64,000 bases of DNA from IMG/VR virus record IMGVR_UViG_3300031772_002739, positions 9,466 to 73,465 of that record. One strand, 5' to 3'. A program made the position numbers and the translations under genes. Below the pieces are notes generated by a model. The model did no database searches. It was not told the DNA's origin and saw only the letters and a program-made list of their open reading frames with translations. How positions within the stretch are numbered: the stretch's first letter is position 1; the number at the start of each line of letters is the position of its first letter. Below, piece after piece: positions 30,810-40,355 of this stretch. This stretch comes from a virus.

Positions 30810-31598
30810 ATGTCTATCGAAGGTTATTTCGATCCAACTAAATTTATTATAAAAGAAATAGATAAATCTTCTGCTGAAGATATGATCGTAAGGCATCATT
30901 ACACACATAAATGGTCATTATGTCAAGTGGCTTATGGTATTTTTTATATTTCAGAAGAAGAATCGGATTTTTTTGATGCTAAAGAAGAAATCCTTATAGG
31001 ATGCATGGTTTTTGGTCATCCTGTCGGTAGAAGTGCTGCTGAATCGGTTTCTGATATCATCAAAATTGATGAAGTTTTTGAGTTGACTAGATTGGTTTGT
31101 TTGGATGGTGAAGAATATGGAAAGAACTTAGAAAGTTATTGTTTGACTTATGCTTTAAAGTTGTTGAAAAAATCCTTTCCGAATATCAAGGCTCTCATTA
31201 CTTATGCGGATGGAGAACAAGGTCATAAAGGAACGATATATCAAGCCTGTGGGTTTTACTATCAGGGGAACTCTTCTCTAGCTTTAATGCCTAATTATTC
31301 TATTTCTTTGATTGGACCTCCAAATTATAACTGGATGCATTCAAGAACGGTATCTGCCACATATGGTTCTCATAATGTTGAATATTTAAAAAAACGAATA
31401 GGCCATACATTTTGGAGGAAACGAGAGTCTACTAAACATCGATATGTGTGTTTTTTATGTAATAAAATAGAAAAAAAGAAAATTCTATCTAATATCAAAC
31501 ATCTCTTCTACGATTATCCCAAAGAAACCCATCATATAGATGAAATTCAAGAGATTGTTGTAAATGAAAATGATAAAGAAAATCTCTTTTTTGGATGA
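30810..31598 (+). CDS. Mom-like GNAT-fold DNA modification protein
   Basis: HHYTH, ELTRL, ES, ITYAD..QGH.GTIYQA..F.Y.G, KHRYV. Confidence 0.75.
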   Translation: MSIEGYFDPTKFIIKEIDKSSAEDMIVRHHYTHKWSLCQVAYGIFYISEEESDFFDAKEEILIGCMVFGHPVGRSAAESVSDIIKIDEVFELTRLVCLDGEEYGKNLESYCLTYALKLLKKSFPNIKALITYADGEQGHKGTIYQACGFYYQGNSSLALMPNYSISLIGPPNYNWMHSRTVSATYGSHNVEYLKKRIGHTFWRKRESTKHRYVCFLCNKIEKKKILSNIKHLFYDYPKETHHIDEIQEIVVNENDKENLFFG

Positions 31599-31655
31599 TT
31601 AACCATATTTATATTTGGTAAATTATATCGATATCGATTTATCACGGAGATTAAT

Positions 31656-32483
31656 ATGAATAAAGATTTTTTGAAAAATTTAGTAAAAGAAACACTAACG
31701 GAGATGAAAGCTGAGAAGACTGCTGATCGTCCTGCCAAGAAACAACGAATTAGAGAATCTCTAAAAAGTGTGATCGGTCAAATATTGAAAGAATACATCG
31801 CTAGTGTCAATAAACCTAAAAAATCAAAAGACGACATAGAGAAGGAACGAAAGGGATATGCTAAGGATGGTAATGTTCATTTAGATAAAACAAACGAACA
31901 GCTCAAGGATGAAATGGAAAAAATATCAAACGATATCGATAAGAGCATTGAAGTTAAGTGGGATGACCACGGAGATTTGGTTGTTGATGCTAAAGAATTA
32001 TTCAAGGTTCGTATTCATCCAATGTGGGATAACAATTTTTACATTGAATCGTGGCCAAGATTGCAGGATCGTGTAGTTGCCGTTGGATTGGATTGGGAGC
32101 AGGTTAAGAATTTTGTTAAAGCCAATTTCAAACATGATAGTGAAGATATTGAAAATACTAAAGTGGACCAAGCTAAGAATAAAGCGATGGATCATCTTGA
32201 AGACGAATCTGGCAAGGGAGAAGTTCCAAAACAAGATTATGAATCCCGAACAACCATAAAGAAGGTTGGTGACACCAAGAAAGACGATAAGGATTATAAC
32301 AAACCAGATGTCGAAGATGATGACGATCTTCCTGATCAACCAATGAAACCGGTTGATGTAGACGATATCAAAAAACAGAGTGATCATAAAGAGCATAAAG
32401 AAGAGCCTCAAAAACACAAGGATGATAAACGTCATATAAAGAAAATGAAGATCGGTAGAGGACGAAAACGTGCTTTGAATTAA
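31656..32483 (+). CDS. highly charged hypothetical (virion-associated?) protein
   Basis: LKNLVKETLTE leader-like start; late motif at 31605; GGAG RBS. Confidence 0.6.
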   Translation: MNKDFLKNLVKETLTEMKAEKTADRPAKKQRIRESLKSVIGQILKEYIASVNKPKKSKDDIEKERKGYAKDGNVHLDKTNEQLKDEMEKISNDIDKSIEVKWDDHGDLVVDAKELFKVRIHPMWDNNFYIESWPRLQDRVVAVGLDWEQVKNFVKANFKHDSEDIENTKVDQAKNKAMDHLEDESGKGEVPKQDYESRTTIKKVGDTKKDDKDYNKPDVEDDDDLPDQPMKPVDVDDIKKQSDHKEHKEEPQKHKDDKRHIKKMKIGRGRKRALN

Positions 32484-32484
32484 T

Positions 32485-32754
32485 ATGAAAAAATCCGATC
32501 TTAAAAAATTGATTGAAGAAGTTAATAAAGAGGTGGAAAGAAACCCTCTATATGTTAAAGGATTTCGTCAAGGTGAAAAAGATGGATATGTCAAAGAAAA
32601 GGTTGACGTAAAAGATCAACCTGATATTTATCAGTTGGGATACAAGAGAGGTTATCAAGCTGGATTTTGGAGATTATACAGCGAAAAGTTGAACAAAGGA
32701 TTAGCTGCCGCTGGAGAGTTCATGGGGGGTTTTGTAAACTTAAATCGTAGGTAA
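32485..32754 (+). CDS. small hypothetical protein
   Basis: MKKSDLKKLIEE leader; YxxGY/GF repeats. Confidence 0.6.
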   Translation: MKKSDLKKLIEEVNKEVERNPLYVKGFRQGEKDGYVKEKVDVKDQPDIYQLGYKRGYQAGFWRLYSEKLNKGLAAAGEFMGGFVNLNRR

Positions 32755-32779
32755 ACGTTTTGGTAATAATTCATAAGAA

Positions 32780-32805
32780 GACACACCATTTCGGTGTGTT
32801 TTTTT
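32780..32805 (+). terminator. rho-independent terminator
   Basis: gacacacc-atttc-ggtgtgtt-ttttt. Confidence 0.75.
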
Positions 32806-32815
32806 ATTTTCTCAC

Positions 32816-32843
32816 TTGACATCCTATAAAAGAGTGGTATTGT
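32816..32843 (+). promoter_or_regulatory. sigma70-like promoter of the AAA/vWA unit
   Basis: TTGACA-N16-TATTGT with TG extension, 9 nt before ATG. Confidence 0.65.
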
Positions 32844-32852
32844 ATCTCAACA

Positions 32853-33167
32853 ATGAAAACCCCGAATCTAATCAACATGGCAAATATAGACGTTACGAAA
32901 ATGCTAGCGGATTGTTGGAGTCTAAAACCCAACGACCTGATTATTGACAAACTTAAATGGAAGTATATGGTATGGTCCGTATTGAGAGGAAAGAACATCC
33001 TCTTTGTTGGTCCCACTCGTTGTGGAAAAACTAAAGCCGCTCAAAGTGTTTCTGAAATATTTTCTGAAATTAAAACTGAAATTGTTGATGAAAACCAATT
33101 GGACGTTCTTAAATCCGATAGAAGCATTAAAATAGAAAAAATAGAGGAAGTTTCAGATGAAAAGTAG
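32853..33167 (+). CDS. MoxR-like AAA+ ATPase, N-terminal fragment
   Basis: GKNILFVGPTRCGKT Walker A, then a ~30 aa tail and a stop. Confidence 0.8.
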   Translation: MKTPNLINMANIDVTKMLADCWSLKPNDLIIDKLKWKYMVWSVLRGKNILFVGPTRCGKTKAAQSVSEIFSEIKTEIVDENQLDVLKSDRSIKIEKIEEVSDEK

Positions 33168-33205
33168 AGTTGGAATATACTTATATCTGTAATAGAAAGT
33201 ATATT

Positions 33206-33970
33206 ATGATGGTGATTTATAAAACTATAAACCTAATAAATGAAAAATATTATGTTGGAAAACAACAAAGATATACAAAGTCATATTTAGGTTCTGGTTC
33301 AGCACTAAAATCTGCCATAAAGAAATATGGAAGAAGAAATTTTAGGAAAGAAATCTTAGAAATTTGTAAATCAGAATCCGATTTGGAAAAAAAAGAATTG
33401 GAGTGGTTGGATAAACTAAACGCTATAAAGGATAAAAACTCGTATAATTTAGTAAGAGAAACATCGCCCAATAAACATAGAAGTTATACAGACCCAAAAT
33501 ATAGAAAACGATTGAGTAATTCTATTAAAAAAATATTTAACACTCCAGAATCACATATTCGGTTAAGCAAACAAAATAGAGGAAAAAACAACCCGATGTA
33601 TGGTAAAAAAAGATCGAAAGAGTTTAAAAAAGTGGTTAGCAAAATCCATTCGGGAAAAGTAGTATCTGACGAAACCAGAGAAAAAATACGAAATAGTCGA
33701 ATAGGAAGAAAAGCATCGTCTGAAACAAAAAACCGGATGAAAGAAAGCCAGCGCCATCGTTGGGATACTATAAAAGTAAAAATGATATTAAACAACAATC
33801 ACATGTGGAGTTTCGACAATAGATATGATTTTATATCTTTTATAAAAGATTATAATAATTCTATACCAAAAGGAAAAGTAAGAGGGTCAGGTCCTAAAAG
33901 AATTAATTGGAAACGAGCAATAAAAAATGAATATGACTTCATAAAGGTACATAAAAATGAAAAAATATAA
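33206..33970 (+). mobile_element. GIY-YIG homing endonuclease with NUMOD3-like repeats
   Basis: VIYKTINLINEKYYVG, YLGSG, NF.KEILE, SYN; GKNNPMYGK and S.ET.EK repeats. Confidence 0.85.
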
Positions 33971-34757
33971 AGTTACATATAAAAAATATAATAGACCATT
34001 GTTTATTTTCAATTGCGGGTCTTCTCAAGACGCTCGAGCTACTTTAATAGGTAATACTTACTTTAAAAAAGACACAGGAACAATTCTCTGTAAATCTGAA
34101 TTTGTTGAAGCAATACAAACACATAACGCAATCATCTTATTAGATGAACTAAGTAGAGGGCATCACGATTTTTGGAATATTTTACTTCCCACTATCGATC
34201 CGACACAACGGACTCTTAGGTTAGATGAGTCGGAGAATTCTGCCGTAATTCACGTCCTACCAGACGTAACGTTTATGGCTACGGCTAATGTTGGTAATGA
34301 ATATACGTCAACAAAAGTTATGGATAAAGCTTTGACGGCCAGGTTCCCTACAATTATTGAAATGATTCCTTTGGAATATGAAGGAGAAATGGAGTTGTTG
34401 AAAATTAATCATCCAGATGTTCTTCAAGACGTTTTGGAAGGATTCATTTCTATCTGTCGTATTTCTGATGATACTAAAAAACAATGTAGGTTAGATAATC
34501 CAAGAATTACCACTTTCATTCCTACCGGAACTGTAGTCGAAATGGCCGAAATGCTTATCGACGGGTTTTCGTTAATGGATATCGCCCAATCTGTAATTTA
34601 TCCGATGTATGACGATTCCGGCGGAGCCGAATCTGAACGGTTGTATGTTAAACAGATTGTTCAGAAATATCTTGATAACAAGTCAGGGGGCGTAAGTTCT
34701 CCAATCAACGATCCGTTAAATAAGGTTGGAACCTCGGGGAACAAGTTCAGTTTTTAA
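33957..34757 (+). CDS. MoxR-like AAA+ ATPase, C-terminal fragment
   Basis: RPLFIFNCG..DARATLIG, ILLDELSR Walker B, ATAN, MDKAL..RF. Confidence 0.85.
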   Translation: MKKYKVTYKKYNRPLFIFNCGSSQDARATLIGNTYFKKDTGTILCKSEFVEAIQTHNAIILLDELSRGHHDFWNILLPTIDPTQRTLRLDESENSAVIHVLPDVTFMATANVGNEYTSTKVMDKALTARFPTIIEMIPLEYEGEMELLKINHPDVLQDVLEGFISICRISDDTKKQCRLDNPRITTFIPTGTVVEMAEMLIDGFSLMDIAQSVIYPMYDDSGGAESERLYVKQIVQKYLDNKSGGVSSPINDPLNKVGTSGNKFSF

Positions 34758-34758
34758 T

Positions 34759-37038
34759 ATGTCAAAAAAGGTTGAAAATTCGGAAACGTATTCCGATTTT
34801 TGGTTGGACGATGAGTTAATCAGCCAGTTTATTGGCGACGAAACTCAAGAATCCGAAGAGGGCGAAACGCCTTCTGCTCCGATGTTTTCGTTAGATTTGA
34901 TTCAGTTAGCGGCATATCGAAAGGTGATATCCAATTTTGTATCCATTCTTACAAATAAAGATGTTCCGGTTAAATTCATTACTACAGGCAATAATTCCAG
35001 CGATGGAAATGTGGTATACCTCTCTTCCTCAATTAAAAAGAAAAAAGATTTTGATTGGAATGTTGGTCTATCTCTCCACGAGGCGGAACACATTGTAAAA
35101 AGTGATTGGGATATGGTTAAGAAATTTTATACCATCGTTCCACAACATCTTAAAGATAAAGCTAAAAAGAAAAATATCACCAATGAACAATTATGTCAGT
35201 TTTGTAAACACGTTTGGAATGTAATTGAGGATCGTTATATCGATATGTTGGTTTTTACGGATGCTCCTGGATATCGTGGGTATTATGAAGCGATGTATAA
35301 TAAATTGTGGAATAGTAAATCTATATCGGATGGGTTAAAATCCAAATTATTTAGAATATCAAATTTGATTGGATATGAATTTCGTATCACAAATCTTACT
35401 AATGTTGATACCGAGGTTGATGCTCTTCCTGGGTTGAGGAAAATCGCCGAAACGATTGATATAACAAATATTTTAAGATTGAAAACTACTCAAGATAGGG
35501 TAGACGTTTCTTTTAAGGTTGTAGAAATTGTTTTGGATAATATTGGAAAACAGCCCGTTCAACCAACTGAAACTGATAAGATTATCAAAAAAATTAAGGA
35601 TGTGGTGGGATCGCCTTCGCCAAGTGGAGGAACTGGTTCAGATGGTGATGAAGATGATGACGATAATAATAAAAACGATTCAGATTCAGGAGGAGATTCT
35701 ACGGATGATGATGATGAAGACGATTCTAAAAATGGATCTTCTGGAGATAAAGAGGAAAAAGATGGAGAAGAAGATGGAAAAGGATCTGGAGATGATAAAT
35801 CGTCAGATTCGGGGTCAGATAAATCAGATAACACATCCGATCCAACCAACCCAGGAAAAGACGATGACTTGTCTGACAAAAAAGTTAAAGCCATAAAAAA
35901 AGCGTTTGAACAGCAGTTAAATTTTCTTTTAAGAAATTACGACAAAGCCAAACAAACCGTATCCAAGGAATCGGCCGATTTGTTAGATATTATCGAAAAG
36001 GCTGGAATTACTTTAAGAATGGCTGGACATGGGTATTCTCAACCTGGAGAAGAAATTCGTGATGGTATTAATTGTATTGTAGTCAATAAGTTGACCAAAG
36101 AATTGATGGAAAGTGGGCATCACATTTTTCCACTGACCACTATAACCGTGGCCAACAAAACCCCCAATAAATCTTATGAGGATGCCGTAGTTAAAGGGTT
36201 TACAATGGGCAAGATGTTGGGTAAGAAACTACAAATTCGAAGTGAAACCAACATCACAAAGTATATTCGAAGAATGGCTGGAAAGATTGATAGACGATTG
36301 TTGGCTGGTATTGGCGCCGGGTTGGAAGATATCTTTTTCAAAATTAAAACGGACAAGTATAACAAGGCTCGTCTTCACATCTCCGTGGACGCTAGTGGAT
36401 CAATGATGGATGACAACAAGTGGTGTCCAACCATGTCGTTGTTGGTTTCCATTTGTGTAGCATTTTCTATGGTGGAAAATTTGAAGATATCCGTGTCTTT
36501 CCGATCTACTCACAGAATGTCTACTGGAGTAGAATTACCTTATATTGTGTTGGCCTATGATTCTGATGTGGATAAAATATCAAAGATACGAAATTTGTTT
36601 CCATATCTAAAGGCTTCTGGCTGCACCCCCGAGGGGTTGGCGTTCGAATCCACGATGGATAGTTTTATCATCGGTAAGAAGTCGGATGGAACGGATGTCT
36701 ATTTCCTTAACATATCTGATGGTGAACCATATTTTTTCCTGAATGGAATTATGAATAAAAGTCGAACCAATTTCTCATATCAAGGTCAAGGAGCGTGTCT
36801 TCACACCAAAAAGCAGATTGAAAAACTTCGGTCTGCTGGTATAAAGATATTAAGTTATTTTATAGAAAGTGCTGATAGCGGTATAGGATACAATTTATAT
36901 GGTGTGTCTGGGATTCCCTATAAGGAAACATTATTCCAACAGTTTAGATTGATGTATGGAAAGGATGCTCAGTTCATTAACATTACCAACGTCTTCCAAA
37001 TAGCGAAAACAATTAATGGTCTGTTTCTACAGAAATGA
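34759..37038 (+). CDS. vWA-domain protein with HExxH domain and acidic linker (MoxR partner)
   Basis: LHEAEH, NVIEDRYID, long D/S/G-rich spacer, SVDASGSM MIDAS, TPE, ISDGEP. Confidence 0.8.
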   Translation: MSKKVENSETYSDFWLDDELISQFIGDETQESEEGETPSAPMFSLDLIQLAAYRKVISNFVSILTNKDVPVKFITTGNNSSDGNVVYLSSSIKKKKDFDWNVGLSLHEAEHIVKSDWDMVKKFYTIVPQHLKDKAKKKNITNEQLCQFCKHVWNVIEDRYIDMLVFTDAPGYRGYYEAMYNKLWNSKSISDGLKSKLFRISNLIGYEFRITNLTNVDTEVDALPGLRKIAETIDITNILRLKTTQDRVDVSFKVVEIVLDNIGKQPVQPTETDKIIKKIKDVVGSPSPSGGTGSDGDEDDDDNNKNDSDSGGDSTDDDDEDDSKNGSSGDKEEKDGEEDGKGSGDDKSSDSGSDKSDNTSDPTNPGKDDDLSDKKVKAIKKAFEQQLNFLLRNYDKAKQTVSKESADLLDIIEKAGITLRMAGHGYSQPGEEIRDGINCIVVNKLTKELMESGHHIFPLTTITVANKTPNKSYEDAVVKGFTMGKMLGKKLQIRSETNITKYIRRMAGKIDRRLLAGIGAGLEDIFFKIKTDKYNKARLHISVDASGSMMDDNKWCPTMSLLVSICVAFSMVENLKISVSFRSTHRMSTGVELPYIVLAYDSDVDKISKIRNLFPYLKASGCTPEGLAFESTMDSFIIGKKSDGTDVYFLNISDGEPYFFLNGIMNKSRTNFSYQGQGACLHTKKQIEKLRSAGIKILSYFIESADSGIGYNLYGVSGIPYKETLFQQFRLMYGKDAQFINITNVFQIAKTINGLFLQK

Positions 37039-37047
37039 AAAAAAGAT

Positions 37048-37075
37048 TTGACAACTTTATAGTTTGTGGTATAGT
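37048..37075 (+). promoter_or_regulatory. sigma70-like promoter
   Basis: TTGACA-N16-TATAGT with TG extension. Confidence 0.7.
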
Positions 37076-37124
37076 ATATCACAAGTTCTAAAAAACAAAA
37101 AACAAAAGTAGAGGAATAAAAGTT

Positions 37125-37493
37125 ATGAATGATAAACCAATAAGAAAAAATAAAACAAATCTAGTAGTTAACTGGCCAGCCACTGACCAATCGTTTACGA
37201 TTAACGAACTGGCTGCGCTTAATGATAATTTCATCCAAATCACCCTTCGAGTCCGCGTCCAGAAGGCAATTGAGGAAAATCGGGTCGTTGCCATAGGCAC
37301 CAAAAATCTCAAGAAGGGGCGCCCACAGTTGGTGTTTGCGTTGAGGCCGGTTTCTCAGGCCGCTTTGGAACATGCCAAGGCCAGCGGTGCTATTTTAGAT
37401 GATCAGTCACGTTTGATCACAGTTATGGAAGTTCCTGCTTCTATGACCACGATTACTGTCAATGAGACAGTCAAGGCTACCGCAGTTGCGTAA
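37125..37493 (+). CDS. winged-helix DNA-binding protein
   Basis: FTINEL..ITLRVRV..KGRPQLVF wing; GAGGA RBS. Confidence 0.6.
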   Translation: MNDKPIRKNKTNLVVNWPATDQSFTINELAALNDNFIQITLRVRVQKAIEENRVVAIGTKNLKKGRPQLVFALRPVSQAALEHAKASGAILDDQSRLITVMEVPASMTTITVNETVKATAVA

Positions 37494-37519
37494 CAAGACA
37501 CAGCATTGATGCCGTATAT

Positions 37520-37684
37520 ATGAGTGAAGAAAATAAGACAAATTTTGTTCGTATATACGGCATTTTTGACCAAGAAGAGAATACTATTGTGTATGTTAGT
37601 TTGAGTTATACGGATGTTGAAATTGAAATGACTTCTCTGAGTGAGGAACGTTTTGTTCCGTGTGAATTTGATATAGTCTTTTAA
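37520..37684 (+). CDS. small acidic hypothetical protein (54 aa, not in ORF track)
   Basis: MSEENKTNFVRIYGIFDQEENTIVYVSLSYTDVEIEMTSLSEERFVPCEFDIVF* fills the gap exactly. Confidence 0.6.
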   Translation: MSEENKTNFVRIYGIFDQEENTIVYVSLSYTDVEIEMTSLSEERFVPCEFDIVF

Positions 37685-37947
37685 GGCGCAGGCTGTTTTT
37701 GGGACGTTGCCTTTTTGTCTCCGCTGTAAACTGCTTTTCTTTTAAATGATTGTCGGTCTACTGGATCTCTTTTATAATAAATCACCGTTACATTTTTAGA
37801 TAATCGCCTCACTATTGATTCTACAAGATTTCGACTGCCGTATCCTACAGGAATATCAAACTCATCATCATATAAAGCGAATTCAGACGGCGACCTTTCA
37901 AAATGATGATATAACAATATTTCTGGGTTGATTCTTTTTAATCTCAT
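37681..37947 (-). CDS. hypothetical protein
   Basis: 88 aa; GGGAG RBS and late motif on the minus strand at 37963-37971. Confidence 0.6.
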   Translation of the reverse strand: MRLKRINPEILLYHHFERSPSEFALYDDEFDIPVGYGSRNLVESIVRRLSKNVTVIYYKRDPVDRQSFKRKAVYSGDKKATSQKQPAP

Positions 37948-38043
37948 GGTATATTACTCCCATATAAATATCTCTGAGATGAGATTTATCGATTTTTCAT
38001 GATGGTCTGAGTTATGTATCGTAAATCGCTCGGAGAATAAATT

Positions 38044-39210
38044 ATGAGTGAATATTTTGAAGAATTTTTTGACGGCCATGCTTTTGATTTTCAAGTGGAA
38101 AAACAAAAAGTTATAGATAATCTAAATTGGCTTAAATCTTTATCTGTTGAGGAATTTACTTTTTATAAGAAATGGGAAGAAATCCAAGAGTATGGTGACT
38201 TGATTGGCGATTCCAAACAAGTAAAAGCTCAGTTGTGGAGTCCATCAAATATAGACGATCCAGTTCAGACAATAAAAGAAATAGAAACACTTTCTCCAAG
38301 AGTGGTATACGTCGATACTCCTGAACTGCAAAAATCATGGTTAAATCTCCGTGTATTTTGCCATTCTGCTGATTACAATCAAGTTCCAGGAAGATATAGA
38401 AAATTTCTAATAATGGATGGAGATAGGTATCTTGGATTTCTCGCTGTGGGTAGTGATATTATCGCTACAGATGCTAGAGATAGTTGGATTGGATGGAATA
38501 AAGAAACCAGAGAAGGCGGCAAACTTACTTTTTCTGCTGTAGGTAGTACAATAGCTCCAACACAACCATTAGGATACAATTTTTTGGGTGGCAAACTATG
38601 CGCTCTATTGGTCACTTCACAAGTGGTCAGAGATAACTGGAAAAAATCATATGGGAATACTTTAACAGGAATGACCACCACTAGCCTATATGGATCTTTA
38701 TCACAATATAACAATTTAAAATGGTGGCACAAATGCGGTCATTCAAAAGGCAAGGTTCTTATAAAACCAGATCAAAGATTTTATAAAATATGGCACGATT
38801 GGTTGAAGACAAATCGTTCCGAAGAATATATTAAAGCTATGACTCAGAAAGAAGGAGTTTCTGGCCCTGTTACTGGAGCCAAACTTCGTGTGTTGGATAT
38901 GATATGTGATGTAGTGGGCATAAAAGTTTCTGATTATCAACACGGATATTCAAGAGGAATATTTTATTCTTGTTTTTATAATAATACAAAAGAATTTTTA
39001 CGTGGAGAAATTAAAGAAAATGATTTAATAATAAAAGATATAATGAACGAAGAATGTATGTTAAGTTGGTGGAAAAATAAAGCCGTCGAAAGATATAAAA
39101 AACTTATTTTGGAAAAAAGAATAAAAATCGAAAAATTGTTTTATAATAAAATGTTTGGAATGAAATATACCAAAGCTAAAGAAATTTATTTTTCAGAAGT
39201 GGGTAGATAA
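38044..39210 (+). CDS. DUF4338 / DruA-like protein
   Basis: PGR, RDSWIGW, PTQPLGYNFLGGKL, TTSLYG..SQY. Confidence 0.7.
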   Translation: MSEYFEEFFDGHAFDFQVEKQKVIDNLNWLKSLSVEEFTFYKKWEEIQEYGDLIGDSKQVKAQLWSPSNIDDPVQTIKEIETLSPRVVYVDTPELQKSWLNLRVFCHSADYNQVPGRYRKFLIMDGDRYLGFLAVGSDIIATDARDSWIGWNKETREGGKLTFSAVGSTIAPTQPLGYNFLGGKLCALLVTSQVVRDNWKKSYGNTLTGMTTTSLYGSLSQYNNLKWWHKCGHSKGKVLIKPDQRFYKIWHDWLKTNRSEEYIKAMTQKEGVSGPVTGAKLRVLDMICDVVGIKVSDYQHGYSRGIFYSCFYNNTKEFLRGEIKENDLIIKDIMNEECMLSWWKNKAVERYKKLILEKRIKIEKLFYNKMFGMKYTKAKEIYFSEVGR

Positions 39211-39331
39211 TATTCAACAAGAGTGTTATTTAATTCATTATTGAATATAATAACTTGATTTATTTTCAAGATGTGATAAGTTAAGTCATAAAGTGTGAAA
39301 AACACAAATTTGCAAGAAAGGAAAACTAAAT

Positions 39332-39550
39332 ATGGTTGCACGTAAAAATCGTAAGAATAGAACGGCGTTTGTCGGTAATGTTACTCCCGCTGGATTGGGT
39401 ATTTTCTACTCCATCCCTCTTAAGGGAAACACCGATGTAGGTCAGAGACTCACTCTTAAGGTGGGTAGGAACAGAATCGATTTGACCGGCAGTCAGGTCC
39501 GAGCAGTTCAGCGAGTTATTACTCGCGCTCGTCGCCTCGCTTCCCGTTAA
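39332..39550 (+). CDS. small basic protein
   Basis: 72 aa Arg-rich; AAGGA RBS; followed by terminator. Confidence 0.65.
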   Translation: MVARKNRKNRTAFVGNVTPAGLGIFYSIPLKGNTDVGQRLTLKVGRNRIDLTGSQVRAVQRVITRARRLASR

Positions 39551-39575
39551 TTCTAATAAAACAAAGGGTTATGAC

Positions 39576-39606
39576 AAAAGGGGGCGGCAAACCGCCCTCT
39601 TCTTTT
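39576..39606 (+). terminator. rho-independent terminator
   Basis: gggcgg-caaa-ccgccc stem followed by tcttctttt. Confidence 0.7.
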
Positions 39607-39611
39607 CATCT

Positions 39612-39902
39612 ATGTTAACATCATATTGTATATTCATATTCATAGCAGTTGGAGTGTTAATTTGGTCAGTTATAAGATTAGAAAAACTTATAAACCAAAT
39701 AAATAAACGGTTATATCGCATTGATAATGATATAAATACTTTACATTCTAACCAACGTGTAATAGATTCAAACGTAAGAAACATAAACGGTCAGATAACA
39801 AGGTATCTAAAACATGGGCAGAAAAAAGAAAATCGATCAGGAAATCTACGGGAAAACGTCCGACGAGAAATTCAAAACCAGAAAAGAAATATCGGAGAAT
39901 AA
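39612..39902 (+). CDS. small membrane protein
   Basis: N-terminal TM helix plus coiled coil. Confidence 0.5.
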   Translation: MLTSYCIFIFIAVGVLIWSVIRLEKLINQINKRLYRIDNDINTLHSNQRVIDSNVRNINGQITRYLKHGQKKENRSGNLRENVRREIQNQKRNIGE

Positions 39903-40353
39903 GCCTAAATCTTTAGGGTTGTTCGATCATATCAAACATATCAGGACTATTCAAGATCCCGATTACTATAACAATCTTAACGACGAAGACAGAAAGTCAT
40001 TCAACCACTTCATGATATTGAGAGCATTATCAATGAATCCTGCTCTCACCGATGATATATCGGTTCTTTTTAGATATTTTGATAAAATGCCTTCCAATCG
40101 GTTCTATACACTGTTGATTTCGTTAATTCCAGCGGATAAACGATTTTATCCGTGGGTCAAATCACAGAAAAAAGTAAATAAAGTCGTTGTAGAATTTATA
40201 TCACAAAAGTTTGAAGTCTCTCCTCGTGAAGCCGAAGAATATCTATACATATTGTCCAATACGGAATCAGGACAAAAAGAGTTGTTCAAAATTTGTCAGG
40301 GGTTCGGTTTGACAGAAAAAGAAGTCAATAAACTTTTGTTGGAGAAAGAGTAG
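39814..40353 (+). CDS. putative clamp loader small subunit-like protein
   Basis: LFDHI..FNHFMILRALSM..YPWVK..S.REA.EY resembles the gp62-like pattern. Confidence 0.5.
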   Translation: MGRKKKIDQEIYGKTSDEKFKTRKEISENKPKSLGLFDHIKHIRTIQDPDYYNNLNDEDRKSFNHFMILRALSMNPALTDDISVLFRYFDKMPSNRFYTLLISLIPADKRFYPWVKSQKKVNKVVVEFISQKFEVSPREAEEYLYILSNTESGQKELFKICQGFGLTEKEVNKLLLEKE

Positions 40354-40355
40354 TT

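Noticed and set aside
33064-33990. Group I intron or split intein in the AAA gene
   Set aside because: No recognisable P7/core elements and almost no non-coding space. FN-C is part of the normal RPxxxFNxG AAA motif, and the N-half tail lacks an intein block A.
35620-35880. Low-complexity GAT/GGA-rich DNA
   Set aside because: Explained by the acidic linker of the vWA protein.
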